Source: Candidatus Lindowbacteria bacterium RIFCSPLOWO2_12_FULL_62_27
Lineage (GTDB): Bacteria; Lindowbacteria; 2-12-FULL-62-27
NCBI GenBank assembly: GCA_001784175.1
Contig: MFPR01000033.1
Span: 62,001 to 126,000 of the forward strand
Length of the DNA stretch: 64,000 nucleotides
Direction: 5' to 3'
The notes below the pieces were generated by a model. That model searched no databases. It saw only the letters and a list, made by a program, of their open reading frames with translations, and was not told the DNA's origin. Position numbers and translations under genes: made by a program. Of the stretch, positions 55,814 through 64,000 are shown one piece after another (the first letter of the stretch is position 1; each line of letters begins with the position of its first letter).

Positions 55814-57633
55814 CGCGCCTTCCCCTCCGATTCGATCTCCACTTGCAGCCGCTGCGCGCCGTAGACGATCCACTCCGTCCCGAACGTCTCATACGCGGGC
55901 TGCATCACCATCGGCGACATGCCCTGCACGCCGCCCTGCGTCAGCCGCTGGAAAAAATTCGGCAGGTTCGGCAGCGCCTCGCCATCCTGCGTCTGGGACG
56001 GCGGCGTCTGCAGAAGCCGGATCACCAGATCGTTCCCCTTCGGACGCCGCTCCAGAATTCGCACCACTTGGTCCAGCGTCCGCGGCGGCGCCTCCGGCTG
56101 CTGAAATCCGAATCCGCCACGGATCTCAAAGTCCGCCACGCGGCCCTGAAGGCTCGGTGGAAGCGTAAACCCCGCCGTCAGGCGGCGCTCTTCTCCCTGC
56201 TGCGTCCGCAGCCGCACCGTCACCGGCACGCGCGCGCCGGGTTGAAATTTCTTCGATGTCGTCCGCACCGATGTGATCCACGCGATTCGCGATGCGTTCG
56301 CCACCTTCACGCTGAAATCAAAACTCCGAGGCACCGCTTCCTCGATCCGGTTGTCCAGCAGCATCAGGATCTCAAATAACGTCTTGTACGGGCTCGGCGT
56401 CAGATCCTCCAGCGTCACCGCCTTCTCTCGGCCCGCCACACGCATCTCGCTCCGCACCGTAAACGCCCGGTCCCCCGGCGGGCCCGCCTCCGCCGCATCC
56501 AGCGCCTCCATGAGGCCTATGAACGCAAGTAGTGGCGTCAACCGCTGCTCGCGGATCACTTCATACCGGTACGTCTCCTCGCGGCCCGTCACTTCGTTCG
56601 ATACCTCCACCCTCACCGGAACCATCTGCGCGGTGCGGTTCGAATCGATCAGAATCGCTGGCTGGCGGTCCTGCACCATGCTCCCCAGCGTGCGGATCGG
56701 CGACGCCAGCTTGTACGAGATGTACGTGCTCGGCACAAACATGTGTACGTGCGCGGTCGTCGCCGGCATCGCTGTCTGCCCGATATTAAAAAATGGATGC
56801 CCGAACGCCAGCACCCGGCCGCCCGGCGATACATGCGTGACCGTCCCGATCGCCGTCATCGACAGATCCCCGCTCATGAGCTGAACCCCGATCGCACCGC
56901 CCGGAACGTACGCGCTCGGGCCGGCGCCCCGGCTTGGATCGGCGCCGCCCGAGGCCACCGGAATCAGACCGTACGGCGAAAACCACTCCTCCAGCAGATT
57001 CAATCGCCCCGGCGAAAACCCCGACACCGAAAGAATCGACGACACCGGCTTCACACCGCTCGCACCCGGACCTGCGCGACTCGGAACGCCCGACGACTCG
57101 TCCATGCCGCGCCCCGCCGCGTCCCTGCCCATGAAATCCCTCAGTGCGGAAACTCGCTGCCACGTCCGCTCCGGCTCCGCCGGCCGGTCGAGTTCCTTCA
57201 GCATGTTCTCGATCGGCGTCACGTACGCGATCGGCTTCTTGGAAAAAACCGGCCCGTACGCCAGCGCGCCCAGGAGCCGCCCGCCGAAATAAATCGGACT
57301 CCCGCTCATCCCCGCCACGATGTTCGACTCCAGCAGCTTCGGGTCCTCCATCAGGATGACCACCAGATCCTGCTTCGGAAGCCGGTTCTTCAATACCCCG
57401 ACCGCCTCCACCACAAACGTCTCCGGCTCCGTCCCGCGAAACACCGTCAACCCATACCCCTGCATCCCCGCCTCGATCTCGCCCGGCGATATAAATTCGC
57501 CGGCGTGCGAGACGATCAGAAACGCCGTCAGCACCAGACAGACAGCCAGACCCATTTTTTCCACAACCCTTGAAAATTGAGAATTGAACATTGAATATTG
57601 TATATTGAATGTCCTGTTATCCACGCAACGCAC
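55810..57633 (-). CDS. SpoIVB/peptidase S55 domain protein (start possibly 57555)
   Basis: GYGLTVFRG, IVAGMSGSPIY, TPIENM, GTVT, LAFGHPF. Confidence 0.88.
   Translation of the reverse strand: MRCVDNRTFNIQYSMFNSQFSRVVEKMGLAVCLVLTAFLIVSHAGEFISPGEIEAGMQGYGLTVFRGTEPETFVVEAVGVLKNRLPKQDLVVILMEDPKLLESNIVAGMSGSPIYFGGRLLGALAYGPVFSKKPIAYVTPIENMLKELDRPAEPERTWQRVSALRDFMGRDAAGRGMDESSGVPSRAGPGASGVKPVSSILSVSGFSPGRLNLLEEWFSPYGLIPVASGGADPSRGAGPSAYVPGGAIGVQLMSGDLSMTAIGTVTHVSPGGRVLAFGHPFFNIGQTAMPATTAHVHMFVPSTYISYKLASPIRTLGSMVQDRQPAILIDSNRTAQMVPVRVEVSNEVTGREETYRYEVIREQRLTPLLAFIGLMEALDAAEAGPPGDRAFTVRSEMRVAGREKAVTLEDLTPSPYKTLFEILMLLDNRIEEAVPRSFDFSVKVANASRIAWITSVRTTSKKFQPGARVPVTVRLRTQQGEERRLTAGFTLPPSLQGRVADFEIRGGFGFQQPEAPPRTLDQVVRILERRPKGNDLVIRLLQTPPSQTQDGEALPNLPNFFQRLTQGGVQGMSPMVMQPAYETFGTEWIVYGAQRLQVEIESEGKAR
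57570..57611. repeat. AT-rich heptamer tandem repeat (consensus TTGAAnA)x6
   Basis: TTGAAAA TTGAGAA TTGAACA TTGAATA TTGTATA TTGAATG. Confidence 0.8.
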
Positions 57634-58960
57634 CTTCCAGCTTCCCGAGCTTCTCCTGCAACTGGTCCGCTGTCTTCGCCTCCACGTTCAACCGCAACAC
57701 GGGCTCGGTGTTCGAGGGGCGCGCGTTGAACCACCAGTCGTCAAATTCGATCGACAGCCCGTCCAGCTTCTCCACCTTCTTCGCGCCCGTCGAAAACTCC
57801 GTCTCCAGTCGCGTCAGCGATGCATTCGAATTCGCTACTCGGAAGTTCCGCTCGCCCGACCTCGAATATTTCAGGTACGGGCTTGCCAGCTTCGATAACG
57901 GATTCCCGGTCCGCTCCATGATGTTCATCACCAGTATCGTCGTGATGATGGCGCTGTCGGTGTAAAAATTGTCTCGGTAGTAATAATGGCCCGATAGTTC
58001 CCCCGCAAAAATCGCGCTCAGCTCGCGCATCCGCGCCTTGATGTAGGAATGGCCCACCCGGTGGATCACCGGCACGCCGCCCGCCGTTTGCACCGCCTCT
58101 CGCACCGCCCACGACGACCGCAGGTCAATCACGACCTTCCCGCCCTTCTCCTTGCGCAAAAATTCCGTCGCCAGGAGCGCCGTCACGGCGTCCGCCGCAA
58201 CGGGCCGGCACTCCTCGTCCACAAACGCCACGCGGTCCGCGTCTCCGTCAAACGCCACCCCTAGGTCCGCCTTCTGCTCCTTCATCTTCCCGATCAGCGC
58301 CTGCAGGTTCTCCGCTTTCATCGGGTCCGCCGTATGGTTCGGAAACTTCGCGTCGGGCTCAAAATATAGTTTCGTCACCTCATGCCGCATCCGGTCCCAC
58401 ACGGGGCCGCTGTCCACGCCGCCCATCCCGTTGCCGGCGTCCACCACGATCTTCAGCTTCCGGCCCGGGGCCTTCGGCTCCTCTTTCCACGAATAGACGT
58501 AGTCGTGGTACTCCTTCGTGATGTTCCGCCGGTGCCGCTCCCCGGTCTCGTCCGACGTCGGTAGCTCCCCGCGCGCGATCATCGCCTCGATCTGCCCGAG
58601 CCCGGTGTCGTAACTGATGGGCTTGGCGTCCTCCTGCGATATCTTCAATCCATTATACTCCGATGTATTGTGAGACGCGGTCACCTGCACGCCGGCGTCG
58701 TAACCGTAATTCGCAATCCCAAAATAATTCATGGGCGTCGAACATAACCCGATCTCGATCGTGTCGCACCCGCCCTTCCGCAATCCCTCCCCGACGGCCG
58801 CCGCCAGCGCCACGCTCCCCTCGCGCATGTCTCGGCCCACCACGCACGTCGTCGGTGACAGAAAATTCGCCAGCGCCAGCCCGACCCGCTCCGCAATCTC
58901 CGGCGTGATCTCCTTCGGATAGATCCCTCGTATGTCATAAGCATGAAATATCCCAGCCAC
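57617..58960 (-). CDS. Phosphomannomutase/phosphoglucomutase
   Basis: FHAYDIRG, VTASHN, FDGDADR, GELSGHYY, RPSNTEP. Confidence 0.93.
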   Translation of the reverse strand: MAGIFHAYDIRGIYPKEITPEIAERVGLALANFLSPTTCVVGRDMREGSVALAAAVGEGLRKGGCDTIEIGLCSTPMNYFGIANYGYDAGVQVTASHNTSEYNGLKISQEDAKPISYDTGLGQIEAMIARGELPTSDETGERHRRNITKEYHDYVYSWKEEPKAPGRKLKIVVDAGNGMGGVDSGPVWDRMRHEVTKLYFEPDAKFPNHTADPMKAENLQALIGKMKEQKADLGVAFDGDADRVAFVDEECRPVAADAVTALLATEFLRKEKGGKVVIDLRSSWAVREAVQTAGGVPVIHRVGHSYIKARMRELSAIFAGELSGHYYYRDNFYTDSAIITTILVMNIMERTGNPLSKLASPYLKYSRSGERNFRVANSNASLTRLETEFSTGAKKVEKLDGLSIEFDDWWFNARPSNTEPVLRLNVEAKTADQLQEKLGKLEGALRG

Positions 58961-59002
58961 GCTCTATTACCTCCTCTTATTTCTCCCTTGCCCTCCCTCA
59001 CC

Positions 59003-59036
59003 CCTCCCCCCTTGTGGGGGAGGCTGGGTGGGGGGT
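59003..59036. repeat. Palindromic repeat family D
   Basis: Identical to 36540-36573. Confidence 0.9.
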
Positions 59037-59060
59037 TTCTCTTTTCTCTACTTCCTTTCT

Positions 59061-60122
59061 CTATCTCCCCTCCGTCGTCCCGAACAGTTCCGGCGCCTTC
59101 TCAGGCGTCTCTCGACCCAGATACCGGTACGCCGTCGCGGTCGCCACGCGCCCTCGTTGCGTGCGCTCCAGTAGTCCGCTCTGGATCAAAAACGGCTCGT
59201 ACACGTCGCTCAACGTGTCCGATTCCTCTCCCACCGCCACGGACAACGTATCCAATCCCACCGGACCGCCGTGAAATTTGTCCACCAGGGCTTGCAGAAT
59301 GTTCCGGTCCATCGGATCAAGTCCCAGCCCGTCCACCTCAAGCGCCGTCAGCGCCAGCTCCGACATCGCCTTCGTGATCCGGCCGTCGCCCTTCACTTGC
59401 GCAAAATCACGCACCCGCCGAAGCAGCCGGTTCGCCACGCGCGGCGTGCCGCGCGCTCGACGCCCGATCTCGTCCGCTCCAGCGTCGTCGATCACTACGC
59501 CCAACAGCTTCGCCGATCGCTTCACGATCTGCACCATTTCAGATACTTGATAATAATTTAAGTGCGCGTCCACGCCAAACCGCGACCGCAGCGGCGCCGT
59601 GATCAGGCCGGTCCGCGTCGTTGCGCCGATCAGGGTGAATCGAGGCAGCGTCAGCTTCAGCGTCTGCGCCCCGGCCCCCTGGCCGATCACAATGTCCAGC
59701 TTGTAATCCTCCATCGCCGGATACAGGATCTCTTCCACCACCGGCGGCATCCGGTGAATTTCGTCGATGAACAACACGTCACGGTCCGCAAGCTGCGTCA
59801 GAATCGCAGCCAGATCCCCGGGGCGCTCCATCACCGGGCCCGACGTCGTTCGAATCGTCACCCCTAGCTCCCCGGCTAGAATGTACGCCAGCGTCGTCTT
59901 GCCCAGACCGGGCGGCCCGTACAACAACACGTGATCCAGCGCATCGCCGCGACGCCGCGACGCCTCCACAAAAATCTTCAGGTTCGACTTCAACTTCTCC
60001 TGCCCCACAAACTCCTCAAACCGCACCGGACGCAGCGCACGGTCCTCCGTCACATCCTCCTCACGCCCGGGCGACAACACGCTCGACGCACGCACATCCC
60101 TCTTCGACGTGTTCATCTTCAA
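59061..60122 (-). CDS. ruvB: Holliday junction branch migration helicase RuvB
   Basis: [49 protein letters not shown]. Confidence 0.97.
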   Translation of the reverse strand: MKMNTSKRDVRASSVLSPGREEDVTEDRALRPVRFEEFVGQEKLKSNLKIFVEASRRRGDALDHVLLYGPPGLGKTTLAYILAGELGVTIRTTSGPVMERPGDLAAILTQLADRDVLFIDEIHRMPPVVEEILYPAMEDYKLDIVIGQGAGAQTLKLTLPRFTLIGATTRTGLITAPLRSRFGVDAHLNYYQVSEMVQIVKRSAKLLGVVIDDAGADEIGRRARGTPRVANRLLRRVRDFAQVKGDGRITKAMSELALTALEVDGLGLDPMDRNILQALVDKFHGGPVGLDTLSVAVGEESDTLSDVYEPFLIQSGLLERTQRGRVATATAYRYLGRETPEKAPELFGTTEGR

Positions 60123-60592
60123 AAATAGTACAACCGCTTCGTCAACTGCGTGATCTCGTCGTCCGCCGACCGAAGACGCCTTGCGAGAGATTGCGAGATG
60201 CCCAGAAATATCTTCGCGGCGATCTTCGGATGCGTCGCCACCAGCGCGTCCACCTGCTGGCGGCCCATCACCGCCAGCTCCGTGTCCACATACGCCGTCG
60301 CCGTCGCCGTGCGCGGGCTTTTGTCCAGGACAGAGATCTCCCCCATCAGCTCCCCACGGCCCAGGCGCGCCAGTCGGGTGGCGTTCGCTTCGTCCACGCC
60401 CTTCTCGATCTGCACCACGCCCCTTAATACAAAATAGACTTTGTTCCCGGGATCTCCCTCTCTGAAGATGACCTTACCCGCTGGATAGCTCTCCACCTTG
60501 AATTGCGGCGCCAACGCCCCGCGCTCCTCGGGCGTCAACCCACGCAATACCTCAAATAATTCTAGCTGCTCTGCGGTGATCTGCGCCGCCAC
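60119..60592 (-). CDS. Stand-alone cyclic-nucleotide-binding domain protein
   Basis: [29 protein letters not shown]; no HTH. Confidence 0.88.
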   Translation of the reverse strand: MAAQITAEQLELFEVLRGLTPEERGALAPQFKVESYPAGKVIFREGDPGNKVYFVLRGVVQIEKGVDEANATRLARLGRGELMGEISVLDKSPRTATATAYVDTELAVMGRQQVDALVATHPKIAAKIFLGISQSLARRLRSADDEITQLTKRLYYF

Positions 60593-60655
60593 GTCTCACC
60601 TCCCGACCCCTTCTACCAATTCCCTCACCGGCGTGCAAGCTCTCCAACCTGCCGC

Positions 60656-62602
60656 TCATCCCTTCCGTTCCGCCGCCACCACTCGCACGACACCCCCGCC
60701 AATCTCCAACGCCTCGATTCGGCCCCCACGCCGGCTCATCGATTCCAGAAGCTCCTTGATCTTCACCGCCGCGGTACGCTCCGGCCACTTGATCCGGCGA
60801 CGCTGATAGGTCGGCGCCATGAATCGCCGATGTTCCTTGTGACCGCGCGCGAATATTCTTCGCAACCTCTCTATCTCACCTCGACGCAAATAATCTAGGG
60901 CCTTCGTCAGATCCCCCACGTACGCCTCCAGCGCCGTCGCCACGCACGCGGCGTTCATCTCGCATATCCGCGCCCACGAATCCGGCGACGCCCCCGAAAC
61001 TCGCACCAGGTCCCGGAACGATCCCGCCGCCAGATCCTCCAATACCGCACGGCCCGCGCGCGCCGACGTCCCGGCCGTCAGCGTGTAGGACAATACATGC
61101 GGAAGATGGCTGATCATCGATACCGCCGCGTCATGCGATTCCGCGCTCAGCGGGGCCACGCGCATCTCCAGGCGCGACAGGAGCTCCATCAAACGTAAAT
61201 ACGCCTCCCCGGGCATGTCCTCCGTCACCGTCATCACCCACGGCGTGCCTCGAAAGAGGTCCGCCCGCGACGACGCAAATCCCGATCGCTCCGACCCCGC
61301 CATCGGATGGCCACCGATGAAATGCGCTCGGCTCCCGAGATGCCGTCGCGCCGATTCCAGAATCGGCCCCTTCACCGAACTCACATCCGTCACGATCGGC
61401 CGCCGCTCGAGGTGCGCCGACAGATCTCGAAACACACCTTCGCATCTCTCAATCGGAACCGCCACCACTACCAGTTCGCACGCGCCCATCCCCGAAATCG
61501 GAACGCATCGGATACCCGCCGCACTCGCCATCCTCTCGGCACGCGCATCTCTATCGTACCCCACCACCTCTATCCCATCCAGCCCCTTCAACGCCCGCGC
61601 CATCGACCCCCCAATCAATCCCAGCCCGATGACCCCCACGCTTCGGATCGCCCGGATCCGCCGGCGCCCAACTCCGCCCTTCCCACGCACGACCGCCCCC
61701 GCGCTCACATCCGCATACGACCCCAAAAACTTCACCTCAACCTCTTTCCTCGACAGCGCGCGCACCGCCTCCCCCAGCGTCGCGTCCTTGATGTGCCCGC
61801 TCGCGTCGATGAAAAAACAGTACCGCCCCAGCCGCGTCTTCAACGGCCGGCTCTCGATTCGGCTCAGATTGATCCCTCGCGACGAAAACTCCTGCAATAA
61901 CTCCACCAAACTCCCGGGTAGGTCACGCTTCGGCGTCAATACCAGGCTCGTCTTGTCCGCGCCCGTCGGCGCTCCCTCCAATGCCTGTCTCGGCGCGCGC
62001 GCCAAATAAACAAACCGCGTCACCGCGTCCTTCACGTCTTCTATCCCGCGCGCCACCGCAACGAGACCGTACAGATCGCCCGCCTTCCTCGACGCGATCG
62101 CGCCCACGCCGGCCTGCGGACTCGACCGCAACCGCTCGCACGCCTCGGCCGTCGACAACGTCACCCGCGTCCCCAATCGGCGCCGCCCAATGAATCGCCG
62201 GCACTGCGCCAGCGCGTGCGGATGGCTCATCACCTCCTTCAACCGCGATCCGCTCAAACTCGCGGGCATGAAAACGTCAAAATGGATCGGCAACAAAACT
62301 TCCGCCGCAATCCGGATCCCTCGCCGCCCGAACGCCAGCCCGTCCAGTGTCGCGGTCACCGCACCCTCAATGGAATTCTCGATGGGAACTACCCCGGCCT
62401 CCACTTCCCCCGTCTCCAGCCCATGAAACACGTCCGCCACAGACGAATAGGCCTTCGCCTCCATCCCCCGGACCGCCGCCAGCCGGTCCACCGCCTCATG
62501 CGTAAACGTCCCCGCAGGCCCCAGATACCCGACGCGCCCCCTCACGACTGCCTCCCGACTGCCCATGCCCCCGACCTTACTTTGAACTTTATCTCCTTTC
62601 AA
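60656..62602 (-). CDS. pheA: Prephenate dehydratase-ACT / prephenate dehydrogenase fusion
   Basis: YLGPAGTFT, VPIENSIEG, SHPHALAQC, TRF, INLSRIESRP; then IGLGLIGGS, TDVSSVK, GGHPMAGSE, SHLPH. Confidence 0.9.
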   Translation of the reverse strand: MKGDKVQSKVGGMGSREAVVRGRVGYLGPAGTFTHEAVDRLAAVRGMEAKAYSSVADVFHGLETGEVEAGVVPIENSIEGAVTATLDGLAFGRRGIRIAAEVLLPIHFDVFMPASLSGSRLKEVMSHPHALAQCRRFIGRRRLGTRVTLSTAEACERLRSSPQAGVGAIASRKAGDLYGLVAVARGIEDVKDAVTRFVYLARAPRQALEGAPTGADKTSLVLTPKRDLPGSLVELLQEFSSRGINLSRIESRPLKTRLGRYCFFIDASGHIKDATLGEAVRALSRKEVEVKFLGSYADVSAGAVVRGKGGVGRRRIRAIRSVGVIGLGLIGGSMARALKGLDGIEVVGYDRDARAERMASAAGIRCVPISGMGACELVVVAVPIERCEGVFRDLSAHLERRPIVTDVSSVKGPILESARRHLGSRAHFIGGHPMAGSERSGFASSRADLFRGTPWVMTVTEDMPGEAYLRLMELLSRLEMRVAPLSAESHDAAVSMISHLPHVLSYTLTAGTSARAGRAVLEDLAAGSFRDLVRVSGASPDSWARICEMNAACVATALEAYVGDLTKALDYLRRGEIERLRRIFARGHKEHRRFMAPTYQRRRIKWPERTAAVKIKELLESMSRRGGRIEALEIGGGVVRVVAAERKG

Positions 62603-62645
62603 TTTTCATGCTGTAAATCTTTCCTCTGTCTTTTTTCCATACTCA

Positions 62646-62654
62646 TGGTATACT
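62646..62654 (+). promoter_or_regulatory. Extended -10 leaderless promoter for the recombinase
   Basis: TG-G-TATACT, 6 nt before ATG 62661. Confidence 0.6.
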
Positions 62655-62660
62655 CCCCCC

Positions 62661-63824
62661 ATGGCTGTCTTCGTACTCACAGACAACGGTACCGACACCA
62701 TTAAAGTCTCCTTCCCGTTCGACAAGGCGCTTCTGCCTCTCATCAAAAGTATCCCCGGCAGAATGTGGGACTCCGATGACAAATTCTGGTCCATCCCTAA
62801 AACTTCTGACGTCCTCCGGCAGTTCCTCCAAACCTTCTCCGGACATCAAATCCGTATCTCTCCTGCGCTCGATCACCTCCTTCAGCCCGAACGGCCTCCT
62901 GCGCTCGCCGTCGCCACGGCCGTCGCAGAACCGACCGACCGGCGCCAGGGCCTCAAGGACCGCCGCATGTCTTCTGTGCGCTCTCCTTCAACCGACAGAC
63001 GCCTCGCCGACCTCGCTGAACACGTCTCTCGTCAGCTCCGCATCCGTAAGTACAGCCCTCACACGGTCAAACTCTACAAAAACATCATCGCTGACTTCTC
63101 TCGCGCCTTCTCTCGCCCCATCCGGGAATTGTCCAACGACGACCTGACTCAATATATCCTCCATCTCATCGAACAAAGACACGTCTCCACTTCCAGAGTC
63201 TCCCAGGTCGTCAGCGCACTCAAATTCCTCTACGATAAAATATTCGACCGCAAAGATCTCGTGTTCAAACTCGACCATCCTCGCAAAGATAAAAAACTTC
63301 CCTCGGTCCTCGATCGCGACGACGTCATCGCCATCCTCGCCGCTACTCGCTCACCCAAACACCGCCTCCTCCTCGAAATCATGTACTCTTCGGGCCTCCG
63401 CGTCTCCGAAGTCGCACGCATCAAAATCATGGACATTAACCTCTCCGACCTCTCCCTCACGGTCAGAGCCGGCAAAGGCCGAAAAGACCGCCAGACGATG
63501 TTGTCTGATAAATCATTGAACCTCTTAAATGTCTTCATGGAGGGCAAAAACGCAGATGACTTCCTGTTCGATGGCCTCCACCCGCACCACCCCATCTCCC
63601 CTAGAACCATCCAACACATCTTTAACCAGGCTCTCATCCGTTCTGGTATCAAAAAGAAAGCTTCTTGCCACACCTTCCGCCACAGCTTCGCCTCACACCT
63701 GAACATGGGCGGCACCGCCATCAACTACCTAAAAGACCTCTTGGGTCACAAAGACATCAAAACCACCGAAATCTACACCCATCTCAACATCTCCACAAAA
63801 AAACAAATCAAAAGCCCCTTCTAA
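62661..63824 (+). CDS. Tyrosine recombinase (XerD/integron-integrase-like) with N-terminal extension
   Basis: YSPHTVKLY SAM-like domain; KKLPSVL; YSSGLRVSE, GKGRKDR, HTFRHSFA, LLGH, TTEIYTH: catalytic R-K-H-R-H-Y all present. Confidence 0.92.
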   Translation: MAVFVLTDNGTDTIKVSFPFDKALLPLIKSIPGRMWDSDDKFWSIPKTSDVLRQFLQTFSGHQIRISPALDHLLQPERPPALAVATAVAEPTDRRQGLKDRRMSSVRSPSTDRRLADLAEHVSRQLRIRKYSPHTVKLYKNIIADFSRAFSRPIRELSNDDLTQYILHLIEQRHVSTSRVSQVVSALKFLYDKIFDRKDLVFKLDHPRKDKKLPSVLDRDDVIAILAATRSPKHRLLLEIMYSSGLRVSEVARIKIMDINLSDLSLTVRAGKGRKDRQTMLSDKSLNLLNVFMEGKNADDFLFDGLHPHHPISPRTIQHIFNQALIRSGIKKKASCHTFRHSFASHLNMGGTAINYLKDLLGHKDIKTTEIYTHLNISTKKQIKSPF

Positions 63825-64000
63825 TGCCCCACCCCCTTGCGGGAAAACCGCCCCAACCCAGACCCCTCCCGCAACCAAGCCCAAATCCCCACCCTTTCCC
63901 CAAACATATATGCCCTCCCTCCCCATCAACCCCCGGCCATAACCAACAGACTTTCCCGCCACCTCTTGCTGGAGTGAAGAAGTTATCCGCCATGTGCCGC

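Noticed and set aside
62661-63824. Canonical class 1-3 integron integrase
   Set aside because: Lacks the IntI-specific insertion before the HxxR box, and no complete attC is visible in the window

Overview
High-GC bacterial genomic window; no rRNA, tRNA or CRISPR array was recognised. All domain calls come from reading motifs by eye, not from database searches. The first ~28 kb is a dense paralogous signalling island: ten Hanks-type protein kinases, two PP2C phosphatases, two class III nucleotide cyclases, three copies of an unknown ~130-aa protein and four kinase-less zinc-ribbon/TM proteins. Nine of the ten kinases are single-pass membrane proteins. In eight of them the predicted extracytoplasmic part consists of domains normally linked to nucleic acids (ComEA-type helix-hairpin-helix units, DUF1802-like, LigA-type BRCT), and the kinase-less partners carry HhH or Ada-like Zn modules. 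My best candidate for an undescribed system is therefore a shuffled repertoire of receptor kinases that sense extracytoplasmic DNA (inference). The rest is mostly housekeeping or envelope genes: moaB, nagZ/lytic transglycosylase/ampG-like, fur, a TPP decarboxylase, a thiS-thiG fusion, three exported PLD/Nuc-family proteins (one with an internal HhH), TPR proteins, an S55 peptidase operon, PMM/PGM, ruvB, a PDT-PDH fusion and a tyrosine recombinase followed by a possible cassette-type site at the window edge. Also present are several families of short palindromic repeats (some in frame inside genes), a 152-bp MITE-like element and several apparently leaderless sigma70 promoters.
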